Origin: the human T2T-CHM13v2.0 reference genome, Homo sapiens
DNA: 64,000 nucleotides
Direction: 5' to 3' (one strand)
NCBI RefSeq assembly: GCF_009914755.1
Contig: NC_060933.1
Shown: in pieces, positions 1 to 9,883 of the stretch
Numbering within the stretch: the first letter of the stretch is position 1
How the letters are laid out: every line of letters begins with the position of its first letter
Translations under genes and position numbers: made by a program
Notes under the pieces: generated by a model
The model's input: only the letters and a program-made list of their open reading frames with translations
Databases searched by the model: none
What the model was told of the DNA's origin: nothing

Positions 1-71
1 GATAGGTGCTTTGAAGAAAACTGTGGCTTTTAAAGTGGATGGAATGTCCACTGCTCGAAGGTGGAAGTATA

Positions 72-225
72 AGTGTTCTCACCACAAAAATGATAACTAT
101 ATGAGGTAATACATATGTTATTTAGGTATGTTTAGTTATTTCTATTATGTAGCTATATTTCAAAATATCATGTTATACAGAATACACACATACAATTGTA
201 TTTGTCAATTTAAAAAGTAATAAAT
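72..225 (+). mobile_element. L1M (L1MA-like) 3' end fragment
   Basis: 'tgttctcaccacaaaaatgataactatatgaggtaat...catgttatac...ttgtcaatttaaaaagtaataaa' resembles the L1MA 3'UTR terminus with an A-rich tail. Confidence 0.7.
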
Positions 226-249
226 TACTATATAAGTGAATGAAATGTG

Positions 250-750
250 GCCATTTTAATTAAACTGACTAGGAAGAGCTCTCTGAAATGCAGGTATTTG
301 ACCAGTGACACAAATAAAGTAAGGGGAGGAAGGCCTATAAAGCGTAGTCTTCTGGATAGCCAAGAAGCTATTACCATGAGGCAAGACAGCTGTGTTTGAG
401 GTACGTTAGGAGGAACAGTGTGGTTAGAACTGTATGAAGGAGGCATACAGGTTTGGAGATAAGGTTAGAAACAAAGAGAGTAAGTAGTTGGTTCATGTAA
501 GTCTCCACAGGCTGTGAAAAGGATTTTGTGTTTTATGTGATATAAACCTCTCAGGTGTTGAGCCAGGGAATGTTGAAGCTGATTTATTTAAAAACCTCAC
601 TTTTGCTGCATTGTGAAGAAAAGGACAAAAATCGCAGCAGGCAAACCAGTTGATGTTGGAATTCAGATCCAGCAGAGATGGTGGTGGCTTTTATTAGATA
701 GGGTGGGAGGTATCCCGATAGTGAAAGGTAGTCATATTTGAGATATATTT
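250..750 (-). mobile_element. degraded L2 fragment
   Basis: purine-rich L2-antisense-like phrases ('gagatggtggtggct','gagatatattttga'); boundaries approximate. Confidence 0.45.
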
Positions 751-1279
751 TGATACCATCAACGTAAAAGACAAATTTTAGCTAAGAGAGCATCTCTGGT
801 TATAATTGGAGCAGAGAGAGCATGGAAGAGGCCCTCCTAAGAATACCATGTTGGCTATGATTTGAATTCTATCACCTTTACAAGTTCAATGTGCCCTCGG
901 ATACTATATAGGAGCCATGCAACATCTTGATAGCCTCATCTTCCAGGTTCCAACACTCTCATTGAAGACATCCTTTGCCATACTATTAATTACCCTCATT
1001 ATATGAATGGTGACTATTAGGGCCTTCTATTTTGCAGTTGTCTCATTTTGATCTCAGCATAAGTTCCAGAAAACCGAAGGCTTTTACACAATCTTCTCTT
1101 GTCTTTAAAAATTATGTAGCCTATTCCTTGAGGGGATGTGGAGCTTTTGATGTGTACATGGGGTTTGTCATTGTTCTTATCTTTTGTTTTCACTTTCTGA
1201 GAATGCATCTGATGCTGTCCCTTGAGAGGGCCTTGAGAAAATGATGTTAACTTGTATTGTTAGCACTTTTCTATATAGT

Positions 1280-1445
1280 AAATTTGGGACACATCACTTT
1301 TTCATATTATTTCACTTTAGCTTAGGAATAACACTAGTCAATTTGTATTATTTTTATTTACAGAGAGGAAAACTGAAGCTGAGAATTTAAATATGATCAA
1401 CTTCATACCAATGTGGGAATGGAGTCAAGATTTTACACTTCTCCT
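1280..1445 (-). mobile_element. MIR
   Basis: MIR core antisense 'tttattacagagaggaaaactgaagctgaga'. Confidence 0.6.
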
Positions 1446-2569
1446 GTAATTTCCTTATAACTGAAAAGCATAAATTCTTTCTGTTATATATGCTTGGCAG
1501 GTCCCAGACTAAATTCCTAGAGCAACCCCCGAAGGCATGAATTTTCTCCTCCAGAACTTTAAAGATTTTTTCTGACAACCAGGCTAACGATGCTGCTTAT
1601 TTTGTAATCCAGTCAAATGCAACAGCAGTTTCATATTTCTGCCTTTGAATCTCAGATCCAAGAAAGTGGCAGCAGCATGAATTCCTCAGTTTAAAAGAAC
1701 TGTAATGATGTGATTTTGTCAATGGGTTAACACTAAATTCTTTTGGTCACCTGGAACTTCGTTGTTCTTAGAAATGAAAACAGTTGCAGAGGGGTAAATT
1801 TGAGGAACAATATAAGAACAACTTAATTAAATATTATTTTTACAAAGATTTATAATAAAAATTCTTTAATTTTGCTAAAAAATATGATTCCTTCAATTTT
1901 TGTTATTCCCATCACTTATCTTTGTTTTCCTCAGGTATGCTCTAAAAAAAGGTTATAAACTACTTAAGACCGTATCGTTCTGCACCTCTTATGAGAAAAG
2001 GACGAGGAAGCATCTTCTCACTTAGTGATAGTTGGGCCACAGTTAGGGATAAACTAATCAAGGGGGAAAAGCTTATATAAACCTCACCTATTTTACCCTA
2101 CATAATAGTTTTTCTGACTTACAAGAACCTATGACTATTTTACCACAACTAAAAAAAGGAATAGTAAATTTTATATAATCTTTAAAACTCAAGAAAAAAC
2201 CATCAGTTCAGTTCAATATTGGATGCTTAATATGAGCTGTGGCTGGATAAACTAGTTTTGAAGAACTTATAGTCTAACAAACACATAAAGAGAAAAAAAT
2301 AATTATATCCTAAGCTACAAATGCCATGTGATTTCCAAGATAGAGTAAGTTTTTCTAGTTTCAAAATTCAGGAAAGATTTATTGGTGGGGATAACTAAAA
2401 GTTGTCCAGGCAAATGTAAAGGGAAAGAGATTTCTGGCAGAAGAAATTGCTTGATATAGGGCCTTGCCACATCATTGATGGCAAGAAGAGATGAATACTC
2501 AGCTCTTCGCTGAGTCCCATTCACAGGGCAGGGGTTGGAGCTGATGGAGAGAAGCCCAAGACCAACCAC

Positions 2570-2780
2570 TACTAAAATTGTTTTAACAGTCCACAGGAAG
2601 GTAAGATAAAAGAAACAGGAATGGGAAATGGAGGAAGCAAAAGAAAAATAATAGCAAAATGGCAGATTTAATCTCTAACACGAATATTTCCTTAAATGTA
2701 AGTAGTGTAAATATTAAAATATATCAGAGATGCATGGAGCATATAAGCAAAACAAAGAAAAACATGATCTAATAATATGC
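2570..2780 (+). mobile_element. old L1M, start of ORF2 endonuclease (left half of the ERV target)
   Basis: ends ...cat gat cta ata ata tgc (HDLIIC) and continues after the provirus as NLQENHLK, matching L1 EN 'DP..CC.QETHL'. Confidence 0.7.
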
Positions 2781-3248
2781 TAAGGGAGGAGACCACCCCT
2801 CATATTGTCTTATGCCCAATTTCTGCCTCCAAAGAAAGAAGTAAAAACTTAAAGAAATGAAATCCACAGACAGATAGCCTGGTGCCATGCCCTGGGCCTG
2901 GTTAAAGATCGACCCCTGACCTAACCGGTTATGTTATCTATAGATTTCACACATTGTATGGAAAAGCATTGTGAAAATCCCTGTCCTGTTCTGTTCTGTT
3001 CTGTTCTGTTCTGTTCTGATTACCAGTGCATGCAGCCCCCAGTCATGTACCCACTGCTTGCTCAATCGACCATAACCCTCTCACGCAGACCCCCATAGAG
3101 TTGTAAGCCCTTAAAAGGGACAGGAATTGCTCACTCAGGGAGCGTGGTTGTTGGAGACACGATTCTTGCCAAATCTCTCGGACAAATAAAGCCCTTCCTT
3201 CTTGAACTTGGTGTCTGAGGGGTTTTGTCTGTGGCTTGTCCTGCTACA
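2781..3248 (+). repeat. 5' LTR (LTR2 family)
   Basis: begins taagggaggagaccacccctcatattgtc and ends gtcctgctaca; AATAAA at 3185-3190; (CTGTT)6 at 2986-3015. Confidence 0.95.
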
Positions 3249-3253
3249 TTTCT

Positions 3254-3271
3254 TGGTTCCCTAACCAGGAA
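3254..3271 (+). promoter_or_regulatory. primer binding site, tRNA-Glu
   Basis: tggttccctaaccaggaa is 16/18 identical to TGGTTCCCTGACCGGGAA (complement of the tRNA-Glu 3' end), 5 nt after the LTR. Confidence 0.9.
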
Positions 3272-3516
3272 GTGAGGTGATTAAAGGATGGTTGAGGCAG
3301 CCCCTTAGGTGGCTTAGGTCTGCCCTGCCCTGTGGAGCATCCCTATGGAGGACTCTGGCCAGCTCGAGTGATGTGGATCCTGGGAGTGCTCCCAGGTAGG
3401 CATTTGCCCTGGTGGAACGCCTCATCAGAGTGATGCATGGCAGGCCCCCGTGGAGGATCAATGCAGTGGCTGAACACCAGGAAAGAACTGGCACTTGGAG
3501 TCCAGACATCTGAAAC

Positions 3517-3525
3517 TTGGTAAGA
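3517..3525 (+). promoter_or_regulatory. retroviral major splice donor in the leader
   Basis: TTG|GTAAGA between PBS and gag, the usual position of the HERV-E donor. Confidence 0.6.
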
Positions 3526-3599
3526 CTGTCTTTGGAACTTGCCCACTCCCTTTGAGTGGAAGCGTGGCCTGATCACCCATGGCATGCCTTTTTCGGCAC

Positions 3600-3705
3600 T
3601 TTGGTTCTTGTTTTTGACTTGACTTGGATTGCTTGATACTTTGGTTTTGGTTTTGACCTGGCTTGGATTTCTGGATACTCTGATTTTGGTTTTGATTCTG
3701 GTTTG
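3600..3705 (+). repeat. ~39-40 bp degenerate tandem repeat in the ERV leader
   Basis: ttggttyt(t/g)gttttgacytgrcttggatt.ct.gatact, about 2.5 copies. Confidence 0.7.
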
Positions 3706-3801
3706 GTGTAAACTGTAAAAGTGTGTGTGTGCCCTTTTTTACCCATTCTGTGTTTTGTGGTGTGCGTGTGGTGGGAGCTTGGTGTTTTGCCTCGAAGAAG
3801 C

Positions 3802-4075
3802 ATGGGTCAGGCACAAAGTAAGCCCGCCCCATTAGGAACTATGTTGAAAAATTTCAGGAAAGGATTTAAGGGAGATTACAGTGTTATGATGACATCAGGA
3901 AAACTTAGAACTTTGTGTGAAATAGACTAGCCAGCATTAGAGGTGGGTTGGCCATCAGAAGGAAGCCTGGACAGGTCCCTTGTTTCAAAGGTATGGCACA
4001 AGGGTAACCTGTAAACCAGGGCACCCAGATCAGTTCCCGTACATAGACATTTGGTTACAGCTAGTTTTAACCCCA
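3802..4075 (+). pseudogene. gag: gag matrix remnant (HERV-E type), stop plus frameshift, truncated
   Basis: MGQAQSKP...KLRTLCEID*PALEVGWPSEGSLD...HPDQFPYIDIW, gammaretroviral MA motifs with myristoylation Gly; capsid and nucleocapsid absent. Confidence 0.9.
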
Positions 4076-4149
4076 CCCCACCACCCTGTCCACCAGCAAA
4101 CAGTGGTTGAGAGAAAAGCAGCACAAGGGGCTGGCAGAGGCAAGGAACG

Positions 4150-4330
4150 ACCAGCAGAGAGAGAAAGAGAAAGAGACAGAGAGACAGAGAGGAAGTCAAG
4201 GAAAGAGAGAGAGAGAGAGAGGCAGAGAGAGAGAAAGAGACACAGGCAAAAGGAAAGTCAAAGAGAAAAAGAGATAGAAAATCAAAGAGAGAAAGAAAGA
4301 GAGAGATATACAAGTAGTTAAGAGAAAAAA
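4150..4330 (+). repeat. GA-rich simple repeat inside the ERV
   Basis: imperfect (GA)n/(GAAA)n run; source of spurious ORFs 3927-4313 and 3980-4321. Confidence 0.85.
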
Positions 4331-4800
4331 ATAGTGTACCCTATTCCTTTAAAAGCCAAGGTAAATTTAAACCCATAATTGATAATTAAAGGTATTCTCT
4401 GTAACCCTATAACACTCCAATACCACTTTGTTGTCAGTGTAAACAAGGGCGTAGCCCGAAAGCACTGAGGCCACTGACAACCTGTGTAGACTTCCTATCA
4501 AAAATCCTTAACCTAGTAATCTGCGGATGGTACAAATGCATTCAATCTGTAGCAGCAACTGCTTTGCTAACAGAAGAAAGTAGAAAAATAACTTTTAGAG
4601 GAAACCTCGTTGTGAGCACACCTCACCAGTTCAGAAGTATCCTAAGGGAAAAAAAAAAAAAAGATGATTTAACATTAACCACTGAAAATTCTCTTAACCC
4701 AGCAAGTTTCCTAACAAGGGATCTAAATCTTAATTACCATACAAAGGTCCTACCAGACCTAGGAGGGACTGCCTTCAGGACAGGAGGATAGATGGTTCCT
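4330..4800 (+). pseudogene. pol: protease/RT-connection remnants (HERV-I/IP-like)
   Basis: LTEESRKITFRGNLVVSTPHQFRSIL...DDLTLTTENSLNPASFL resembles a class I RT connection/tether region. Confidence 0.6.
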
Positions 4801-6030
4801 CCTAGGTAATTAAAGAAAAAAAAAAGCCATCTATACCAATTCTAAGTTAATTTGGACTAAACAAGGTCTTATTAATAGCAAAGGATAATTGAAATCCCAA
4901 ATCACAAGGTTTTCAACAAAAGTAAAGTTTGCTAAAAGTTAACAGTGTAACATGTATTACAGTATTCTAATCTTGTGGCCTTAGTCTAATCCACAGACAT
5001 AAAGGAAGTTCACTTTGGAAAAGAATGGTTATCACCTTCGAAAAAAAAAATAGAAAAAAAGGGGGGGGTGGCAGAATTTATGTAAAAAGAATGTTATATG
5101 GTAAATTCTTGTCCTGAAATAAATTAACTGGTTGTTTAAAGAAAGAGATGTTTGTAATAAGTCAGAAAATTGAGGCATGTTGAGGAATTGTCTGTGAAAG
5201 TTGTGAAAGAGAAAAATGTTATAAAAAATTTATGCAGAAATGTTGTATAATTTAAAAGTAATAAGGTCTCCTGAGTACTATTGAAGAAACAGTTTATATG
5301 CAAGGTGTATAAGGAAAGTAAAACATACCTTTGGTAAAAAGATTATAAAGAGGCATAAGAATGTGGATTTTTACCTTAACATTAAAAGGTTAAAAAAATT
5401 GTTTTGAAGGTATAAGCAAGTTTTAAAAAGTTAATTGTAAAGAAAATTCTGTGTGTAAACATTAGCTAAAGTTAAAGGGGTACCATACAGTTTTTCTGTG
5501 AACTGGACATTAAAGTAAAAACACAATGAGTTTTTCTTAAAGCACTAACCTACTCCCTAACAAAAATTATAAAAGGTTAAAAAGAGTCTATAAAAATCCT
5601 ACCTTATGGTCTGACATTAAAAATTGAATAAATGTGTCTACAAAGGTTTATTAAAACTAAGTTTAACATTAATAGCACACTAATATAAAGGTGAAGTTGA
5701 TCTTATCTGGTATAAAAATCATACAGGAAGCATTGTCAAATATAAAATGGTGTTTGGCTTCTTTGGTCTAAAAACTAATAAAAAATAGATGCTAAAGGAA
5801 ATTTCTCAGTAGAAAGGCACCAAGGACTATAAAGTCCACTGCTGATGTCCCCACATTTAAAACAAAAGGTCAATTTCTTAAAAATTATATACTTGGTTTA
5901 TCTTCTACTTTCCTTTCCCTCACAACTAAAAGTCTTTTAGCACATGTACCACCCCTAGAATTTCTGGTAAACCAGCACCAACCTGAAGATCACATTCTCA
6001 TTAAAAGGTGAAAAAAAAAAAAAAAGGAAA

Positions 6031-6208
6031 CTCGAGCCAGCCTAGGAAGGACCCTACCTTGTGCTGCTAACCCCCGAGACTGCTGTTCATACAGCAAAAA
6101 AAGGATGGACTCATCACACCCGAGTCAAGAAAGCACCACCCACTCCAGAGTCATGGGCCATAGTCCCAGGGGAAAACCCTACCAAACTAAAGCTAAGAAA
6201 AATTTAAC
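6031..6208 (+). pseudogene. pol: integrase C-terminus remnant (GPY/F region)
   Basis: LEPA*EGPYLVLLTPETAVHTAKKGWTHHTRVKKAPP...KLKLRKI*. Confidence 0.85.
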
Positions 6209-7380
6209 CCTTCATCTATTCTATTACTTTTTCTTCTTTCCTCGCTCTATTGCTGACCATCTAGGTATTTACATAACCAAGTCAATTTCACCTCAAACTA
6301 TTGCATTTAATGCTTGCCTTGTTATACCCTGTGGGGACTTGCCAAGTCAAAGACTTCAGAAAAGTACCTCTGTCCTTCCTGACTCTCCTCAGACTGGGCA
6401 TTAGTAAATTAAGACAACTTAATCCGGGGAAATTTCAATAAAGATTCCAGTGTCAACCAGGAGTCTTGCCCCACAATGTAGAGTTTTTTATGCCATAGTT
6501 GGTCCAACATTCTGTGGACCACTAAAGAGCAAGGATGGACTGCCCCAACTGGTTTTTATAATTTCCTAAAAGCATACATTCATTTTACTAGAGGATCATA
6601 GAAGTTAAAGACTTAAAACAAACTTTGGCAATTAAGACAAGATACCAAGCTGCAAATGCCTGGTTGGAATGGATCAAATATTCCTTCCACACATTGAACA
6701 AAAGCAATTGTTATGCTTGTGCGCACAGCAGGCCAGTGGCTCAGGTTGTCCCCTTTCCACTAGGGTGGTCCTCCAGTTGACCAGGTGTAGGCTGCATGGT
6801 AGCTCTTTTCCAGGATTCTACAGCCTGGAGTAACAAACGGTGCCAAGCTCTCCCTCTGCTATATCACGAAGTCCAGCACCCTGCGGGTCAGCCCCTGAGG
6901 GCCATCCAGCTTCCGTCTCCCAATACTAAGTTCACTTCATGTCTGTCACGACAGGGAGGAAACTTAGCATTCCTTGGAGACCTGAAGGGATGCAGTGAGC
7001 TTAAGAATTTTCAAGAGCTTATCAATCAGTCAGCCCTCGTTCATCCCCGAGTGGATGTGTGGTGGTATTGTGGCAGACTTTTACTAGGCACTCTGCCGAA
7101 TAACTGGAGTGGCACTTGTACTTCAGTCCAATTGGCTATCCCTTTCACCCTGGCATTTCATCAACCAGAGGGAGGAAAAATAAGACATCGTAAAGTGACA
7201 GAAGCCCCTTACGGGTCTTTCGACTCTCATGTCCATTTAGACGCAATTGAAGTCCCACGGGGAATACCAGATCAATTTAAAGCTTGAAATCAAATAGCTG
7301 CAGGATTTGAGTCAATATTTTAGTGGGTGACAGTTAATTAAAATGTAGATTGGATGTACTACATCTATTACAACCAACAG
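6105..7380 (+). pseudogene. env: env remnant 1, HERV-I/IP (EnvP(b)-like), cut off at the start of TM
   Basis: NAWLEWIKYS..NKSNCYACA; DVWWYCG..NWSGTC; DAIEVPRGIPDQFKA*NQIAAGFESIF*WVTVN*NVDWMYYIYYNQQ. Confidence 0.85.
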
Positions 7381-8001
7381 CAACAAGCTTTTCATGAGTT
7401 AGAAGAAAAACTCATGTTGGCCCCAGGCCTGGGTCTACCTGACCTGACAAAACCCTTTATGCCCTATGTGTCAGAAAGAGAAAAAGTGTCAGTTGGAGTT
7501 TTAACCCAGACTATGGGGCCCTGGCCAAGGCCAGTGGCCTATCTCTCAAAACAACTAGATGGGGTTTCCAAAGGCTGGCCCCCGTATCTAAGGGCCCTGT
7601 CAGCAATGGCCCTGTTAGCACAAGAAGCAGATAAAATAACCTTGGGCAAAACCTGAATATAAAGCCCCCCATGCTGTGGTAAGGTAACTTTAATGGCTAC
7701 CAAAGGACATCACTGGTTAACAAATGCTAGATTAACCAAGTACCAAATCTTGCTATGTGAAAATCCCTGCATAACCATTGACCTAAGCCCCACCACCTTG
7801 CTCCTGGTATCAGAGAGCCCAGTTGAACATAACTGTGTAGAGGTGTTGGACTCAGTTTATTCTAGCAGTCCCAACTTCTGAGACCATCTTTGAACATCAG
7901 TAGACTGTGAGCTGTACATGGACGGAAGCAGCTTCACCAACCCCTGCAAAGTTCCTCTGAAGAAGATGACAAGCCCTGCTCCAGTCACACCTGGAAGCTG
8001 A
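7381..8001 (+). pseudogene. pol: second pol remnant (HERV-E type): RT thumb/connection to RNase H start, joined to the integrase tail
   Basis: QQAFHEL..APGLGLPDLTKPF..VGVLTQ..RPVAYLSKQLD.V..GWP; WLTNARLTKYQ; LYMDGSSF followed directly by NPCKV..SPAPVTPGS*. Confidence 0.9.
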
Positions 8002-8023
8002 CTGGTCCACGCATGGCTGAAGC

Positions 8024-9857
8024 ATGAGAAAACTCATCACAGGACCCATTTTCCTTAAAATTTGGACTTTTACAGTAAGGACTTCAACTGACCTTCCTCA
8101 GACTGAGGGCCGGTGGGGGCTTATAAACAATACGAGTAAAGTGTTAGACAAAACAGAAGAAAAAGGGGTGCCCAAACAAGCCACCTTGAAATTTGATGCC
8201 TGTGCTGTCATTAATAGTAATAAGTTAGGAATAGGATGTGGTTCTGTTAATTAAGAAAGAGGCTATATGGCAGAAAATAAGTACATTTGTCATGAATTAG
8301 GACTGTGTGGAAATAAATGGGGATACTGGTCTTGTGTCATTTAGGCTACTTGGACAAAAAATGAAAAGAATCCTGTCCACCTTCAGAAAGGGAAAAGTGG
8401 CCCTTCCTGTACCAGTGGTCAGTGTAACCCCTTAGAACTAGTAATAACCAACCCCCTTAATCCTCGCTGGAAGAAAGGGGGAACATGTAACCCTAGAAAT
8501 TGATGGGGCTAGACTGGATCCTCAAGTAAATATTGTGGTTTAAGGAGCAGTTTATAAACGTTCTCCTGAGCCAGTATTTCAAAACTTCTATGATGAACTG
8601 AATGCGCCAGTACCAGAAATTCCAGGAAAAACAAGAAATTTGTTTTTGCAATTAGCTGAGCATGTAGCCCAGTCTCTCAATGTCACTTTATGTTATGTAT
8701 GTGGAGGAACTGTAATGGGAGATCAATAACCATGGGAAGCCCGAGAATTAGTACCTACAGACCCAGTTCCTGATAAATTCCTGGCTCAAAAGAATCACCC
8801 TGATAACTTCTGGGTCCTGAAAGTCTCAATCATTAGACAATACTGTATAGCAAGAGTGGGGAAGGACTTCACTCTTCTGTGGGAAGACTCAGCTGCCTTG
8901 GGCAAAAACTGTATAATAGTACCACAAAAACAGCCACCTAGTGGAGTTTCAAACCATACTAAGAAAAATCCATTTAGTAAATTCCCAAAGTTGCAAACCA
9001 TTTGGACCCACCCAGAGTCCCACAGGGACTGGACAGCCCCCACTGGATTATACTGGATATGTGGGCATAGAGCTTACGCCAAATTATCTGACCAGTGGAT
9101 AGGTAGTTGTGTTATTGGCACTATTAATCCATCTTTCTTCTTACTGCCCATAAAGACAGGCGAACTCCTGGGCTTCCCTGTCTATGCTTCCCACGGAAAG
9201 AGAAGTATAGCTATAGAAAATGGGAAAGATAATGAATGGCCTCCTGAGAGAATCGTACAATATTTTGGGCCTGCTACTAGGGCACAAGACGGCTTGTGGG
9301 GATACCGGACCCCCATTTACATGCTCAACCAAATCATACGGTTACAAGCTCCCTTAGAAATAATCACTAAGACCGGCAGAGCCTTGACTATTCTGGCCTG
9401 GCAAGAAACTCAGAAGAGAAATGCTATCTATCAAAATAGATTGGCTCTCAACTACTTGCTAGCAGCTGAAAGAGAAGTCTGTAGCAAATTGAACCTTACT
9501 AATTGCTGTCTATACATAGATGATCAAGGGCAAGTAGTTAAAGACATAGTTAGAAATATGACAAAACTGGCACATGTGCCCGTGCAAGTATGGCATGGAT
9601 TTGATCCTGGGGCCATGTTTGGAAAATGGTTCCCAGTGCTAAAAAGATTTGAAACTCTTATAATAGGAGTTATAATAGTAATAGAAACCTGCTTACTGCT
9701 CCCTTGTTTGCTACCTGTACTTCTTTAAATGACAAAAAGCTTCATTGCTACCTTAGTTCACTAAAATGCTTCAGCACAAGTGTACTATATGAATCACCAT
9801 TGATCTGTCTTGCAGGAAGACATGGGTAGTGAGAATGAAAGTGAGAACTCCCACTAA
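8024..9857 (+). pseudogene. env: env remnant 2, HERV-E type, multiple stops and frameshifts
   Basis: signal peptide MRKLITGPIFLKIW; CYVCGG; GLYWICG; degenerate cleavage site HGKR|SIAI; ISD YQNRLALNYLLAAE; CSKLNLTNCC; hydrophobic anchor; ends ENESENSH*. Longest open stretch 8856-9728. Confidence 0.92.
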
Positions 9858-9871
9858 TGAGTGAGATTCTC

Positions 9872-9883
9872 AAAGTGGGGGAA
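9872..9883 (+). promoter_or_regulatory. polypurine tract
   Basis: aaagtgggggaa immediately before the 3' LTR. Confidence 0.85.

Noticed and set aside
3458-3832. 124-aa minus-strand ORF with QNQNQ repeats (antisense ERV protein?)
   Set aside because: Translation of the leader tandem repeat; no domain, expected from low complexity
3927-4321. ORFs rich in ER/SL repeats
   Set aside because: Arise from the GA simple repeat
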